A stretch of DNA of 64,000 nucleotides from contig NC_068981.1 of NCBI RefSeq assembly GCF_001194135.2, positions 28,888,890 through 28,952,889 on the forward strand, written 5' to 3'. Position 1 is the first letter of the stretch; every line of letters starts with the position of its first letter. The notes under the pieces are model-generated. The model did no database searches. It had not been told where the DNA came from and saw only the letters and a list, made by a program, of their open reading frames with translations. Of this stretch, positions 50,867 to 63,745 are shown piece after piece. This DNA is from Octopus bimaculoides. Taxonomy: Eukaryota. A program made the translations under genes and the position numbers.

Positions 50867-51300
50867 TAACTTCTAAAGTACAAAATTTTGTCAAAAACGT
50901 TAAGAGTAAACTCTGTTCTATGTGACACATTCTACCAGTATCAGAAGTCTGAATGTGTTTAGTTAAAAAAAATAAGTTATCTGTACGTCTAATTGAATGG
51001 ATCCGAAATGGATGAAAGGCAAAGTCGACCTCGGCGGAATTTGAACATAGAACGTAAAGACAGACGAAATACCGCTTCTAAAATACAAAATTTTGTCAAA
51101 AACGTTAAGAATAAACCCTGTTCTATGTGACATATTCTACCAGTATCGGAAGTTTGAAAGCGTTTATTAAGAAGAATTAATTAAATAATCTGTACATCAA
51201 AGTCGACCTCGGCGAAATTTGAGCTCAAAAAGTAAAGACAGATGAAATACTGTTAAGAATTTTGCCCGGCGCGATAACGTTTCTGCCACCTCGCCGCCTT
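50867..51300. repeat. diverged ~205-bp tandem duplication carrying SINE B (-) pieces
   Basis: ttctaaa(g/a)tacaaaattttgtcaaaaacgttaaga... starts near 50870 and 51076; each unit ends in aaagtcgacctcggcg...aaagacaga. Confidence 0.85.
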
Positions 51301-51514
51301 AGAAAAATAGACATTCATTTTAGTAATGTACTCTATATTCTTATTGCTAAAACGTTACTCCCTTACTTACTGACATGAAATTTCGTAACATTTTACCTCG
51401 TATCTCTTTTTTTTTTACTAATTTTTTTTTCAATGCGACTAGCGATACTGAATTCTTCAAGAACGTTTCTATCATTTAAGCCTAAGAAAGATATACTTTT
51501 AATTTAGAATTAAC

Positions 51515-51770
51515 ATTGCACCGAAACAGATAAAAGAGGAATAGGATCCTATCAGCTTTAAACGGAGTCTAGACAGCTTTCTTCAAAGAATACCAGACAA
51601 GCCACCCATACCTGGATACAACTCACTACTTGAATGGACCATAGACAAATCTTGACTGTAAAAAGGATTTAGATAATCCTATCAGGTGGTGCTATTATGT
51701 TAGACATGTCCTGGGCCAATCTTTGGTCGAAACATATCTAAGTTTTATCTAAGTTCTAAGTTTTATGTTA
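51515..51770 (+). mobile_element. CR1-clade LINE 3' end
   Basis: NIAPKQIKEE*DPISFKRSLDSFLQRIPDKPPIPGYNSLLEW resembles the CR1 FK..LD.FL..IPD.P terminus; tail of atctaagtt repeats. Confidence 0.7.
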
Positions 51771-51979
51771 ATTGAAGATGAATATCTGCCTTACTGCCCC
51801 CTTGAGGTCGCAAATAGTCTGACGTAGCTTTTTTCCTACGGAACCAAATCTCAAACTATTTATGCCAAAGTATAGCTGAGGAGGTGTCCCCTTTAAAACT
51901 GTTAACAGTTTGCAATTTAGTTGAGCACTGAATTAGTGGTGAAGCTTGGAACCTGCTGCGATTGACAAAATGGTGGACT

Positions 51980-52960
51980 TAAGAAAATATTCAACCACGA
52001 CCGTGGTTGAATGATAGCATTTAATTTCAAAAGCTATTATCGCTTTATTACTTTCAGTATTCAACCTCCATGTTTGGCCTAAGTAACATTACTCTTAAAA
52101 AGCCTTTTTTTTTTCATATAATATTTTTAATTTTCGGAAGAAGACCTAATTTTGCTAGTCACTTTCGTTACCCACAATTCGGCATTTTACTTCTTTGTCC
52201 TTACATCTTCCGTTATTGTTCTTCCTAAATATGTAAAATTATAAATATTTTTTGAACATCTTCTCAATAGCTTTACTTCAATTGAATACTGCTTTTATGT
52301 TTTCTACACTTATTTCCTTTCTATGTTATCTTACATTTGTATCAAGGCGTGTGACTACATCTCTAAGTTCTTTATTCCATGCTATTAAATCACTGACATT
52401 TTTATTTTCATTTACTCTTGGTTTCTGTCATTATGCATTCCAAAAACACGAAAAATGTCAAGCCAAAAAATGTCATTTTGCTCTCTGTTATTTTACATTA
52501 GATTTGGTGAATTTCTAGACATAACGTGGAAGTTTACCTAATGAACATAAAGATTTTGTGTCCTTGCATATTCTTATCATTCCATTATAGCATTTACCAT
52601 TTGAAAATTAATATTATATTTTATCCTAACAAAGTATTTTTTCCAAGTTACAGATGAATTATTAAAAAAGATTTTTTTTTTTTTCAATGAATTTGTGCTA
52701 TAGGTCTGACGGGTGCTCCAAGTATGTTTTGCGCTAAAATGTTAAATTCTACTCAACAGTATTTCTCCTTTCTTGGAAATAAGCTTTTTTTTTCTCTCAT
52801 ATAACTTTTATTGTTTCATTTGGACACTAGTATGATATAATGCTGAATTTGGCTTGGATGGGTAAAGTTATTTTCGTGCTGTCTGGCTTTTCCCTACTTT
52901 GGCAGTGGTATAACTATTCTTTCTCATTTACCTGGCTATTCTCCATTTACAATTGTTAAT
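51980..52960 (-). mobile_element. highly decayed RTE-clade LINE (RT region)
   Basis: minus fragments IVIPLPK*GK, LTFFVFLECIMTET, DLIAWNKELRDVVTRLD...EISVENIK, FTYLGRTITED, QTWRLNTESNKAIIAFEIKCY occur in the order expected for RTE ORF. Confidence 0.7.
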
Positions 52961-53619
52961 ACTATTGCAAATTTTACAAAGAATCTCTGTTGTATATAGG
53001 GTAGGTAAAGCAGATACTGTTGGGCTGGGCCACATTGTCTTCTTTTATGCTTCTTAAATCTGAGTTAATATTCCGTCATATTTTCGGGTACGATAATAGA
53101 AGACCGACAATATAATTTTTTGTTCATTTCAATAAACAATGTTCTGCATCTAATAATTTCAATCTGCATGTCAACGAAGGAAATCACTTCTGCATTAATA
53201 CATTACAAATTTACAAGAAACGTCCTCTATTTTGGTTAGAAGGTCTTAAATCGATTTTAACTTTAAATCTATATAAAATTTAGTTTAACATAGAAGAATA
53301 AGATTAAGGCAAAGTTTAACTTTTTTTAAATACCATGAACGATTCCTTAGATGGTTCTCTTCTTCAAAAAACTACAATCGGCAATAGGCGAGAGAATCAA
53401 AAGAAGAATAACAACCACAATTATAAAAAAAAAATCACTCGCCAGATCTGTGCATTCAACGCTATAAGCATCGTAAAAGCATCGGAATTATTTCAGAGGG
53501 AATACCATTCCGTGGCCAATCCGTTCTAAATGATGTATTCTCGTTCCACGTCCGATTTTATGTGGTTCTTGTTGCTTATGGCAGGCAGTAACGTTCGATT
53601 ACATCGGCATAAGATACGA

Positions 53620-54520
53620 AAGTGAAATATGCCTAAACTCAACGACTGGTTCTTATATTTTCCAGCAATCCTAAAAACGTGTTAATGAGCCCTTGCAAAA
53701 CCACTGCAATCTCTTTTTCAGAGTTGCCTGGCAAATGAGAAGCTCCCGGGTAAATTAATTGAAAACTTAATATACCCCATTCATAACGGCTGGAGCAAAG
53801 CAGATGCTAAAAATTACTGGCTTATCTCTCTCTGGCCTCACATAAGAAAAGTCATGGAACAAATTGAGAGAATGAAAATAATCATGTTCCTCGGAGAAAA
53901 TTACTTCCTTGGTTTTCGATCCAAACATTGCTGCCTAACCCAACTCTAACAACAGTATTCTCAAACGTGAATTATATATCCCCACTTTGCGAAATCCTTG
54001 GATAAAGTCGATCGTGGAATGACATATTACATACTGCATGACCTTGGCATAGTCAGAAACCTGGAGGAGTTGTTGCCTGACATTTTAAAAGACACATGTC
54101 AAACAGTAGAAGCCCTTGGGGCCGTCTCCCAGAAATAACCGATAGTGGCGTCACACAGAAAAATTTTATGGGCCGACAGCTGTTCATAGCAGCTCTCTCA
54201 GGCATGCTCTCAGCTATACAAGTAGCTGTCCTCGGTCCCTCAGACAATGCAAAATTATTACAGGTGATAAAGTACCATGGAAATGCTACACACCTATAAC
54301 ATTTCTTAAATGTTGTATATAAGATGGTCGAAGAAAATAATATACAATGTAAAGCTGAAAAATACTTAGCAATCTTGAATCGGCACAAAATATTAGATGC
54401 AACGCATAAAAAATACATCGGACCAGGAGGGATTACAATCACAGAATCATAATCAGCCTGTAACATAGGCATTAACATGAATAATGATACTTCTTTTGTT
54501 GTGCATATTACTACGATGTC
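53620..54520 (+). mobile_element. decayed CR1-clade reverse transcriptase
   Basis: FPAILKTC..ALAKPLQSLFQSCL...PIHNGWSKADAKNY...GFRS...HFAKSLDKVDRG...SGVTQ...DNAKLLQ...NIGINMNND: RT motifs with stops and frameshifts. Confidence 0.8.
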
Positions 54521-54646
54521 CGTGAGCTGGGAGAATCTTTAGCAAGCAACGTCGCTACACGAAAACGATTGACTCAATGCAACAGAAAGGGTAAAAAGTT
54601 TAAAACGCTACTCCCTAGCGCAAATGCAAGAAAATACACAGTATTA

Positions 54647-55215
54647 TAAGGTGTAAGTCAAAAAGTGTCCGGCCTTGATTTTTTTTGCTCAAAATAATAA
54701 GGCGTGAGCAAAATCTGCATGTATATTAGGTGACCGCGTCCTTCTTGAGCTTGCGCAAAAAAAAATTTGTCTGTAAGTTGCGCCATTCGCTTGCGCAAAA
54801 AAAAAAATTGTCTGTAAGTTGCGCCATTCGCTTGCAGTGACGCTTTGAGTCGATACGTGAAGAGTGTGCTATTTTTCTTTTTCAGTCAAGATGACGCAGT
54901 GCATTGAGCAAAGATACTATATCAAATTCTGCCAAAATATGGGTGATACGCAAGCCCAGACCATGGTGAAGATTCAGAAGGACTTTGGAGTTGATACTAG
55001 GGGAAAAACAGAAATACAGGTGTAGTGCAACCGGTTCAAATTCGGCCGCACCTCGGTGGACAGTGAGTCACACTGTGGCCAGACAATTGACAAAGAATAT
55101 TACCTGGGGATTCTTCGTTGCCTTCTTGAAGCTTTAGCGACGAACACGACCCGACCGGTGGACACCAAAGAACTGACAACCCCACCGTGACAACGCATCC
55201 GCTCATTTCGCCCAC
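54647..55215 (+). mobile_element. internally deleted mariner (DD34D) transposon, left TIR only
   Basis: TA|taaggtgtaagtcaaaaagtgtccgg TIR-like start; ATG 54891 MTQCIEQRYYIKFC...RFKFGRTSVDSESHCG fused to QTIDKEYYLGILRCL then RRTRPDRW...HRDNASAH; 40/41-bp tandem duplication at 54749-54829. Confidence 0.85.
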
Positions 55216-55216
55216 T

Positions 55217-55263
55217 TCTTCTTCTTCTTCTTATTATTATTGCGCAAAGAAATTGTAAGCTTA

Positions 55264-55317
<54 letters not shown>

Positions 55318-55372
55318 GAGTAGTAGTAGTAGCAGCAGCTGCAGCAGCAGCAGCAGCAGTAGTAGTAGTTAT
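55217..55372. repeat. (CTT)n(TAT)n ... (TAG)n(CAG)n triplet microsatellites
   Basis: direct reading. Confidence 0.9.
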
Positions 55373-55453
55373 GCATACACTCACACACTCACACATGCAC
55401 GCACACACATTCTTACATACAGAGGTAGATAAATCAATGTATTTTTGTATACA

Positions 55454-55486
<33 letters not shown>

Positions 55487-55733
55487 CCTCAGACATGTAT
55501 CAGTAAATGTACATGCGACTACGATGTGAGCGTGCGTCTGTTTATGTGATATGCATACACTTTTGAGCGAGTATATCTGTGTATGATAAAAGAAATGTAA
55601 AAGAAACAAATCCAAATGTGACAGACAATTACTGTTGTCGTCGTTGTGGCTTGTATTATTGTTGTTACTGTTGTCATTGCTACATTTTTGTTGTTGTCAT
55701 CGTCGTCGTTGTTGTTGTCATTGTTCTTCTTAC

Positions 55734-55899
55734 TGTTGCTTTCTTTCTCTCAAATACAGATTTGAATCAGTTTGCATTTGAAATTCATTGAAGCAAATCG
55801 CCAGTTTGTACGATTCCTGAAGTGAATTAAAATATTCTAGGATGTTATCTAATTTTACACGTGAGATATCTGGATAATAGGATTTTTCATACTCTAACT
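55734..55899 (-). CDS. weak candidate internal exon (E)LEYEKSYYPDISRVKLDNILEYFNSLQESYKLAICFNEFQMQTDSNLYLRERKQ
   Basis: 166 nt open frame between a tgcattctatag| acceptor and a CA|gtaaga donor; protein-like composition; no homology recognised. Confidence 0.2.
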
Positions 55900-56288
55900 C
55901 TATAGAATGCATAACATTGTAAAAATAATATTTTTATCTTTTTGAACTAAATTTTATCATTATTATTATTATTATTGCGCAAATTGTAAGCTTATTGCGA
56001 AGATATTAAAAGCCTGCAGACTGACACCAAAATAAAAGTCGAGGAAAAGAATTTATCCTCTCTTGACATGAATTACACAGATTAAATTGGATTTAAAACT
56101 AAGAAACGAAATAAGAAAATATAATGTATATATGTAAAATAAAAGTTTGAAAAAAATAAAATAAATAGAACACGATTACGCTTGTATTAAATTATCGGAT
56201 GAATTTTAAGGATATTTCGTCGGTTTGCACACTTTTGTTTAATACATTTTGTGGCCTCCCTACCACCAGATTCACCGGCTCCTTTCCA

Positions 56289-56357
<69 letters not shown>

Positions 56358-57171
56358 TGTGTGTGCGTGTGTGTGTGTGTGTGTGTGAGTGNNNNNNNNN
56401 NNNNNNNNNNNNNNNNNNNNNNNNNNNNNNNNNNNNNNNNNNNNNNNNNNNNNNNNNNNNNNNNNNNNNNNNNNNNNNNNNNNNNNNNNNNNNNNNNNNN
56501 NNNNNNNNNNNNNNNNNNNNNNNNNNNNNNNNNNNNNNNNNNNNNNNNNNNNNNNNNNNNNNNNNNNNNNNNNNNNNNNNNNNNNNNNNNNNNNNNNNNN
56601 NNNNNNNNNNNNNNNNNNNNNNNNNNNNNNNNNNNNNNNNNNNNNNNNNNNNNNNNNNNNNNNNNNNNNNNNNNNNNNNNNNNNNNNNNNNNNNNNNNNN
56701 NNNNNNNNNNNNNNNNNNNNNNNNNNNNNNNNNNNNNNNNNNTTCAGCTCATATATATATATATATATGAGCTGAAACTACACAAAAAAAAACGATATAT
56801 ATATATATATAACGTAATATGCTTAGAGAAGTGTCTGTTTTAATCTTTGCTAAAAAGCAATTGAAAATTCTAAGAAATGGAATTATGAATAGCTGTTGAT
56901 TGGATGAAATTGTGAAAACTTAAATAAAATCTGACAGTGGGAGGAACCGGTGTCGTAACCTAGCGACTATTTGAAAACACATGATTTGGCTTCTTAATAT
57001 ATCTGATGAAACAAGATAGGAGGATTAATTTAAAATGAACTCGACCTGAAAATAAATAAAGGATACATACATAAAGAAAATCGATTAATATAAAAGAGAT
57101 AAATACATTTGACATACACATTATAATAATAGCGTACTGTCAAAGACATTAACAAGTATATCAGCATTAAC

Positions 57172-57330
<159 letters not shown>

Positions 57331-58424
57331 AACAACGTGCACACTTTATGAGGATTAAAAATTAAATTCAATTTTCTGATAGAAAAAAATATACATAATA
57401 TACATACATATGAGTATGTATGTGTGCGTGTGTATACATATATATGTTTATATATGAATTACAATCAGTGTACTACTAATATGTTGCTTTCATACACTTT
57501 ATTTATCTATATTTTAGTCGCTTGTTATACTCTGAATGACTCGAAGGCACTACACCTTTAATATTTTGGTCGATGATAGTGATACAATATGTAAGGCAAA
57601 TTATGCTGGATATAAAATCAGAAGTTAAACAGGCTAAATAATTTGGACGTGAATTATTTATTATGCACAATTATTTCACAGGTTAATTACAAATTTTATT
57701 ATGTATCAGGTCTCAATCTAAACAAAGATATTTATAATTATATAAACTAATATTGTATGTTATATATTTATATTTTATCATATATTCTTATGAAATATTA
57801 TTATATATGATTATATTGTAAAATAAGTATAAATTATAATTATATAATAGACACTTTATGCATCGAATACAATTATTTAGATTAATTATATAATATGTTA
57901 TACATAATTCCGTAATAGATTAATTAAATATTATACGAGTGCCTTGTCTACTTTTGGACAAGACACAATTAAGAATTTTGAATGCTCAGAAATTACACTG
58001 CTGCTGTTCATATTGTTGATGAATTATTCCAAGACATAATAATATCTCCATAAAGTCGGAAACAGAATTCACTCTACTGGGTCTTAGTTATGTTTAAGTA
58101 TTTATACTGATGCTGCCGATGATGATGATGACATTAATGATGACGATGTCAATAACGATGATGGTACAGGTGAAGGTTTAATATTGTCGTTGTTGCTGTT
58201 GTTCTCTTGTTCCCCCCCCCCACACACACACCTTAATCATTTGGATGTAAATATATTCTCACTGGTAGCTGTTTTGTTCTTTGTCCTGCTGTCTTAATTA
58301 AACATTCACGAATAATAGATATCATTCGGTTCATAAATATAGAGTATATTTTTAGGTAAATAACGACGATGTTTCTTTCCATAACTGATACATTTATTGT
58401 CTTTCTGCGTATTGACGTTTTACA

Positions 58425-58459
<35 letters not shown>

Positions 58460-58612
58460 GAAGAAAAAAGAAAGAAAGAGAGGAAGAGAGAGAAAGAGAG
58501 AGAGAGAGAAAGAAAGAGAGAGAGAGAAAGAAAGAGCGAGAGAGGAAACGGGAGAAAGAGAAAGAGAGCGAGAAAGAAAGGGAGAGAGAAAAAGAGAGAA
58601 AGAGAAAGAGAG

Positions 58613-58663
<51 letters not shown>

Positions 58664-58665
58664 AA
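58425..58665. repeat. (AAAG)n/(AG)n polypurine tract
   Basis: ~240 bp almost exclusively A/G on +. Confidence 0.95.
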
Positions 58666-59004
58666 TTCATGCGGAACATGAACCAAGTCTGGAAAAAAAT
58701 GCGAATGTCAATGGCACCTTAGTCCCTTGCCCTACGTTGCTTAACTCGCACCTAACTTTCTTTTTTTTAATATTTGACTTCCTTCAAGTACGAAACTACT
58801 TTCTACAAGTATAAAATAAAGCTCTATAGGTGGATCTTATACAACAACGTTAAATGTTTTAAAATGAATTTAGGGTTTACTAGTAAATAAGTACATTTAG
58901 AGTCACCAAATTTCATTATTATTTATGTATTCATGTTTGTGTATATATATATGCATGCATATATATCTCACTATGTATGCAAGCATATATATATATGTTC
59001 TCCT

Positions 59005-61108
59005 CTGTTTTATTAATTTGAAATCGTCCTCTTAGGAAGGGACTGGTTTCTAGCAAAGATACAAATCTTTGTTGTTAGAATGTCGATAATAAAAACAAAT
59101 TCACAATTTACACCTGAGAAAACTCTTGCTTATTTTTATCTTTTTTAATTACAGATTGTATTTGTAATGTGAGAATTAGCTGTTTGATTCCTTTGGGGAG
59201 GGGAATCCTAACTTATCCCGTTAGGTATTAAATACCTAAGTGAACCGATTATTACTGGTATAAAAGTGAATGTATAATCTTGGTTTCGAAGCAGTTGTTC
59301 GTAGATTTCATTTTTCTCTTCCATTTTCGAAGCAATATTCACACCATGATAGCTGACCCCTGCGACGGTACACGCGTTTCCTTTTCTGTCCCCAAACAAA
59401 AGAATTATATATCGGCATGTTCCACCAATGTTTTCTTTTCTTGGTATTTGCGTATGTATTAAATAACAGGGGGATTCTCAATATTTATTCCAGGACAGTC
59501 ATTTTTTATTTTTTTAGAATGGGATTGTATATTGTCTTGTCGAGTCACATAGGGAGGTAGTACCTTGATGACATTTTTGGGCGGTAGTCAATCACCTGTG
59601 GAATATGTTCCGGAGATGTACGGGATAATCTACACTTTCGGTTGCAACTTGGAGATCCAAAGACTTTCGTCTCTTTTGTTTAACAAGTATTTCATAGCAG
59701 TCTTGAATTGCAAATTCATAGCCTTCGGAGTGTGACGCGAAGTAGCAGCCACGAGTCAATAAGAGACTGCATTTCATGTCGATATTACTATCTTGTTCAA
59801 GTCTTCAGGAATCTACCCATGCATAGATATTTTTGTGGGGGATATGCAGAGCGTCTTTAATATATGATCATTTGACTGTTTTGAGCTTGTATGGGAGGTC
59901 ACTAAGAAGTAAATGCTTACTAGCGACACGTAGGTCGCTGCTCTCTTTGCTTTTCAGCACTAAGTTTACATATTTATTTTTGCTCCTGTTTAGAGGGTGC
60001 TTTCTGAGAGTGACTGAATGACTTTGGAAAGCTGTCTGCAAAGGTCTCAAACCTCAAGCTTATTCAGCTCTCGTTAGGTAATGCTTGTCGATATCATTTT
60101 CTGTGAATGTTTCCACTTGGTATCAGCATCTTGTGCGCTTTAATGTCTATGGAATGAATTTCTTCTAACAGAACAGTCATGCATCCGAAATGTTGAAACC
60201 AGCACTGATACTGCGAATGCATTGTGGGATATATTTTGTTGTAAGAACGGAGTTCTACCTGCCATATTTTTCTAACCCTCATATGATATTCTCGAGTCAC
60301 TTCACCTTTTTTTGACAGTACTTTCGTATGATATATGTTAATGAATTCCTAGGTATTTGTAGCATTCCTTTTGTGGAATAAGAGATAATCAGACCATTGA
60401 TGCACAGGTTTCGGATTTGGAAGACTGATTTTCTACGTTCAACTGTCAAGTATGAATATTTACTATGGCCTAATTTAATTCTTATGTCAGCTGAAAATGT
60501 TATTAGCTTCAGCTGATTTTTTTGTACTTTTACATAACATTTTTAGCATAAACCTTCAGGTCATCCACGAAAAAATTATTAGTATCTCTAGGAGGTGCAG
60601 AACCTAGAATGGAACCTTTTGTTTTTGTGGCTGAAATGATAATGTATTTAATGTTAAAATGAAAAGATTTAAGGAACGATTATCTCCTTGGATTATTCCA
60701 TTTGAAATATTTTATAACATTGGGGACATTCTTTCCGCTCACAGTTGTAAGCGTGAGAAATGTTGCCCAGGTCTTTGTGAGTCTCTCTTGCAGAAACTAG
60801 GCTAATAGGCAATCTTTTCAAATGTTGACACTTCACCAGCCAAGAGTAGAGATTAGAGTCGAACGCTTTACTATAATAAAGCCATACAGTGGCAAGACTT
60901 CTGCGGCTTCAGACAGTACAGCTTTGTTTAAAGTAGCTCGGCACATCCTCACACATTCTTCTTTCCACCTACCTGCTCCTCAGTCACTGTGTTGTAAGAC
61001 ACACAATGATGCAGGAGCTGAGGCAGCTTGTCTGTAGTTTGTACATAATGTGCAGGCAACCAATGGGCCTATAGTTTTCTGCCAACTCACCAGTTTTATT
61101 CTTGGCCA
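59005..61108 (-). mobile_element. decayed R4-clade (RLE) non-LTR retrotransposon, RT to 3' UTR
   Basis: minus motifs in order: NYRPIGCLHIMYKL, EEQVGGKKNV*GC, YSKAFDS, GIIQGD, FFVDDLKVY, YKYLGI, EYHMRVRKIW...IDIK, SHSEGYEFAIQ, KCRL...PKMSSRYYLPM, EKNEIY...FIPVIIGSL. Confidence 0.85.
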
Positions 61109-61983
61109 CATGTATGTATGCATACATTCATTAATGCATGTATGTATGTATGTTATTTTGTATGCATTCATGCACGTATATATTCGTGCATATGCTTTCC
61201 TGTTTTAAGCTTTTGAATTTCGTATTCACAGGAGAGGCAGCCGATTTCTAGCCAACAAACAAGGTTTTTTATCGGAGTTTTAATATGGACGGTGTCGTTT
61301 TGTTAGCATGTTTATGTATGTATGTGCATATGTATGTGCATATGTATGCCTATACACATTTATGCATGTATACATATATGCATATACAGACGCACACATA
61401 GGGGCAGGCATGGTTGTAACTGCAGACGTTGATCTTTGTATATGCTAAACTAATTGAATGTTTTGCATATTTTTATAGTTTATTAATTATATGGGTCTGC
61501 TAATGCTTTGAGCGGTTAATTCGTCTTACAATGTACTGTATACGCTCATACAAAATGTGTGAAAGATAGTCGTATCTCTTATTCAAAATATAATTGTTGC
61601 GAATAGACAGACAGACAGACAGACAGGTAGGGATGGAGGGAGGGAGGAAGGAAGGAAGGAAGGAAGGTAGGTAGGTAATCGGTCGCTTGTGTCGCTTGTG
61701 TCATTGTTTGTAAGAATGAGAGCTATAAATGACAGAAAGAGAAAAGATGAAAATGAATTCATTCACACACACTGCGCACGCACATACACTACACGCGCAC
61801 ACAAACACATATGAGAAAATGATTGTTGGTGCGCTGGGGGTTTTTCATAATTTCTCTTTCTATTTTATAATCTAGCTCTCCATCCACCTCTCTTGGTTTT
61901 GGTATGCATGTATGTACGTACGTACTTTTCTATGTATGTATGTATGTATGTATGTATGTATGTATGTATGTATGTATGTATGT

Positions 61984-62378
61984 GTGGAGGCGCAATGGCC
62001 CAGTGGTTAGGGAAGCGGACACGCGGTCATAGGATCGCGGTTTCGATTCCCAGACCGGGCGTTGTGAATGTTTATTGAGCGAAAACACCTAAAGCCCCAC
62101 CAGGCTCCGGCAGGGGATGGTAGCGAAACCTGCTGTACTCTTTCACCATAACTTTCTCTCACTCTTACTTCCTGTTTTCTGCTGTGCCTGTAATTCAAAG
62201 GGTCAGCCTTGTCACACTGTGTCACGCTGAATATCCCCGAGAACTACGTTAAGGGTACACGTGTCTGTGGAGTGCTCAGCCACTTGCACGTTAATTACAT
62301 GAGTAGGCTGTTCCGTTGATCGGATCAACTGGAACCCTCGACGTCGCAAGCGACGGAGTGCCAACAACAACAACAACA
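61984..62378 (+). mobile_element. SINE family C, full length, inserted in (TATG)n
   Basis: co-linear with 44666-45038; (CAA)n tail; (TATG)n on both sides. Confidence 0.9.
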
Positions 62379-62541
62379 TATATGTATGTATGTATCTATG
62401 TATCTATGTATGCATGCATGTATGTATCTATGTATTTAGATCTGTATTTATTTATATATACAGGAATTTGTTCCTATCTCTTCAGAAAAACTGCTAGATT
62501 TATAGATCTGCTTTAGACATAATGAACTTAACACATTCATT

Positions 62542-62572
<31 letters not shown>

Positions 62573-62947
62573 TTCATCATTTCTTCATTCAGTGAGGTAT
62601 TTTCTCTTAAACGGCTTCCTATAATTTAGTGGAAGTTCTATATTTAATTCATCTATTTATTTTTCTCTATTCCGGTCCTGGCATATATAGCCTGCCAAAC
62701 GTTGCTGCATTTGCCCACGGCTAATGGACCATACCAAACCTATCACCTCTCATACCAATGCAGATGGATATGATATACTTCAAGATTTCAAGATTTCGAT
62801 GCAGTCTGAAAGACAAGTTTGGCTAATGATGATGCTTAAAGATATACTCAAAAATAACTCAGACGTTCTAGATTGTTTTCACCAGCTTCGTGTATGAAGT
62901 TTACGTACGATACTAGCTCAATTTTCATTCTATGTATTAAGTATTAA

Positions 62948-62986
<39 letters not shown>

Positions 62987-63154
62987 ATCTTATCCCTACA
63001 ACCCACACAAAACAAGAAATTAAAATATCATCATTTCTAAAAATAGATTTAACATCAATTCTAAAAATAGCCAAACACCTACTGCTGCCGTCCAAAGGAA
63101 TTGGTATAAAAGACAGAAAACCAGCCAACTTATTACAGTCTGTTAAAGTCTGTC

Positions 63155-63200
63155 ATACCGGCCATGACGAAGGGAAATAGCCCTGAAACTCGAGTCGCCT
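63155..63200 (+). ncRNA. degenerate hammerhead core related to the 43587 ribozyme
   Basis: c(a)TGACGA-aggg aaatag ccct-GAAAC-tcga-GTC-gcc; palindromic helix III ACTCGAGT; core interrupted by an extra or substituted A. Confidence 0.6.
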
Positions 63201-63498
63201 TTATATATATATTTATATTTATATATTTATATATTTGATCCTTTATATTGAACACTCAATATTTCATCTACATTCAATACTTTCTTTCATGGTGCCATCC
63301 ATTTTTATGTTATTTTATTTTATATTGTATATTGTATATCATATTATATATTCCATATTCTATACCCCACATTAGTTCTGCAGGAATATAAATAAGACAT
63401 AAAAAACAGACAGTGTTGGAACTCTTTTAAGCAAAATAATATATTCCTCTATACACAATCATACAAAAAAACCCACCTTTTTTGTATTTATTTTTACT

Positions 63499-63532
<34 letters not shown>

Positions 63533-63745
63533 TACAAATATGAGTGTAGTCACATGTGTGTGTTTGTGTGTGTGGACGTGTGTCTATGTGTATGCATTCG
63601 CTCACTTCATTCAACTTCAACTTTTCTTGTTTCTACTTTCGAAAATTCTATATCAAAAGGCATGCTTTCTGTTAACATAATTGAAATGCAGTAATTTAAA
63701 GAGTAAACAAATGATTACGTGTATGTGTGTGCTTCCGAGCACGTG

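Noticed and set aside
50845-50905. CTGACGA ... palindrome acaaaattttgt-C with flanking complementarity
   Set aside because: The GAAA box is absent (ctaaagt) in both duplicated units; too degenerate to call a hammerhead
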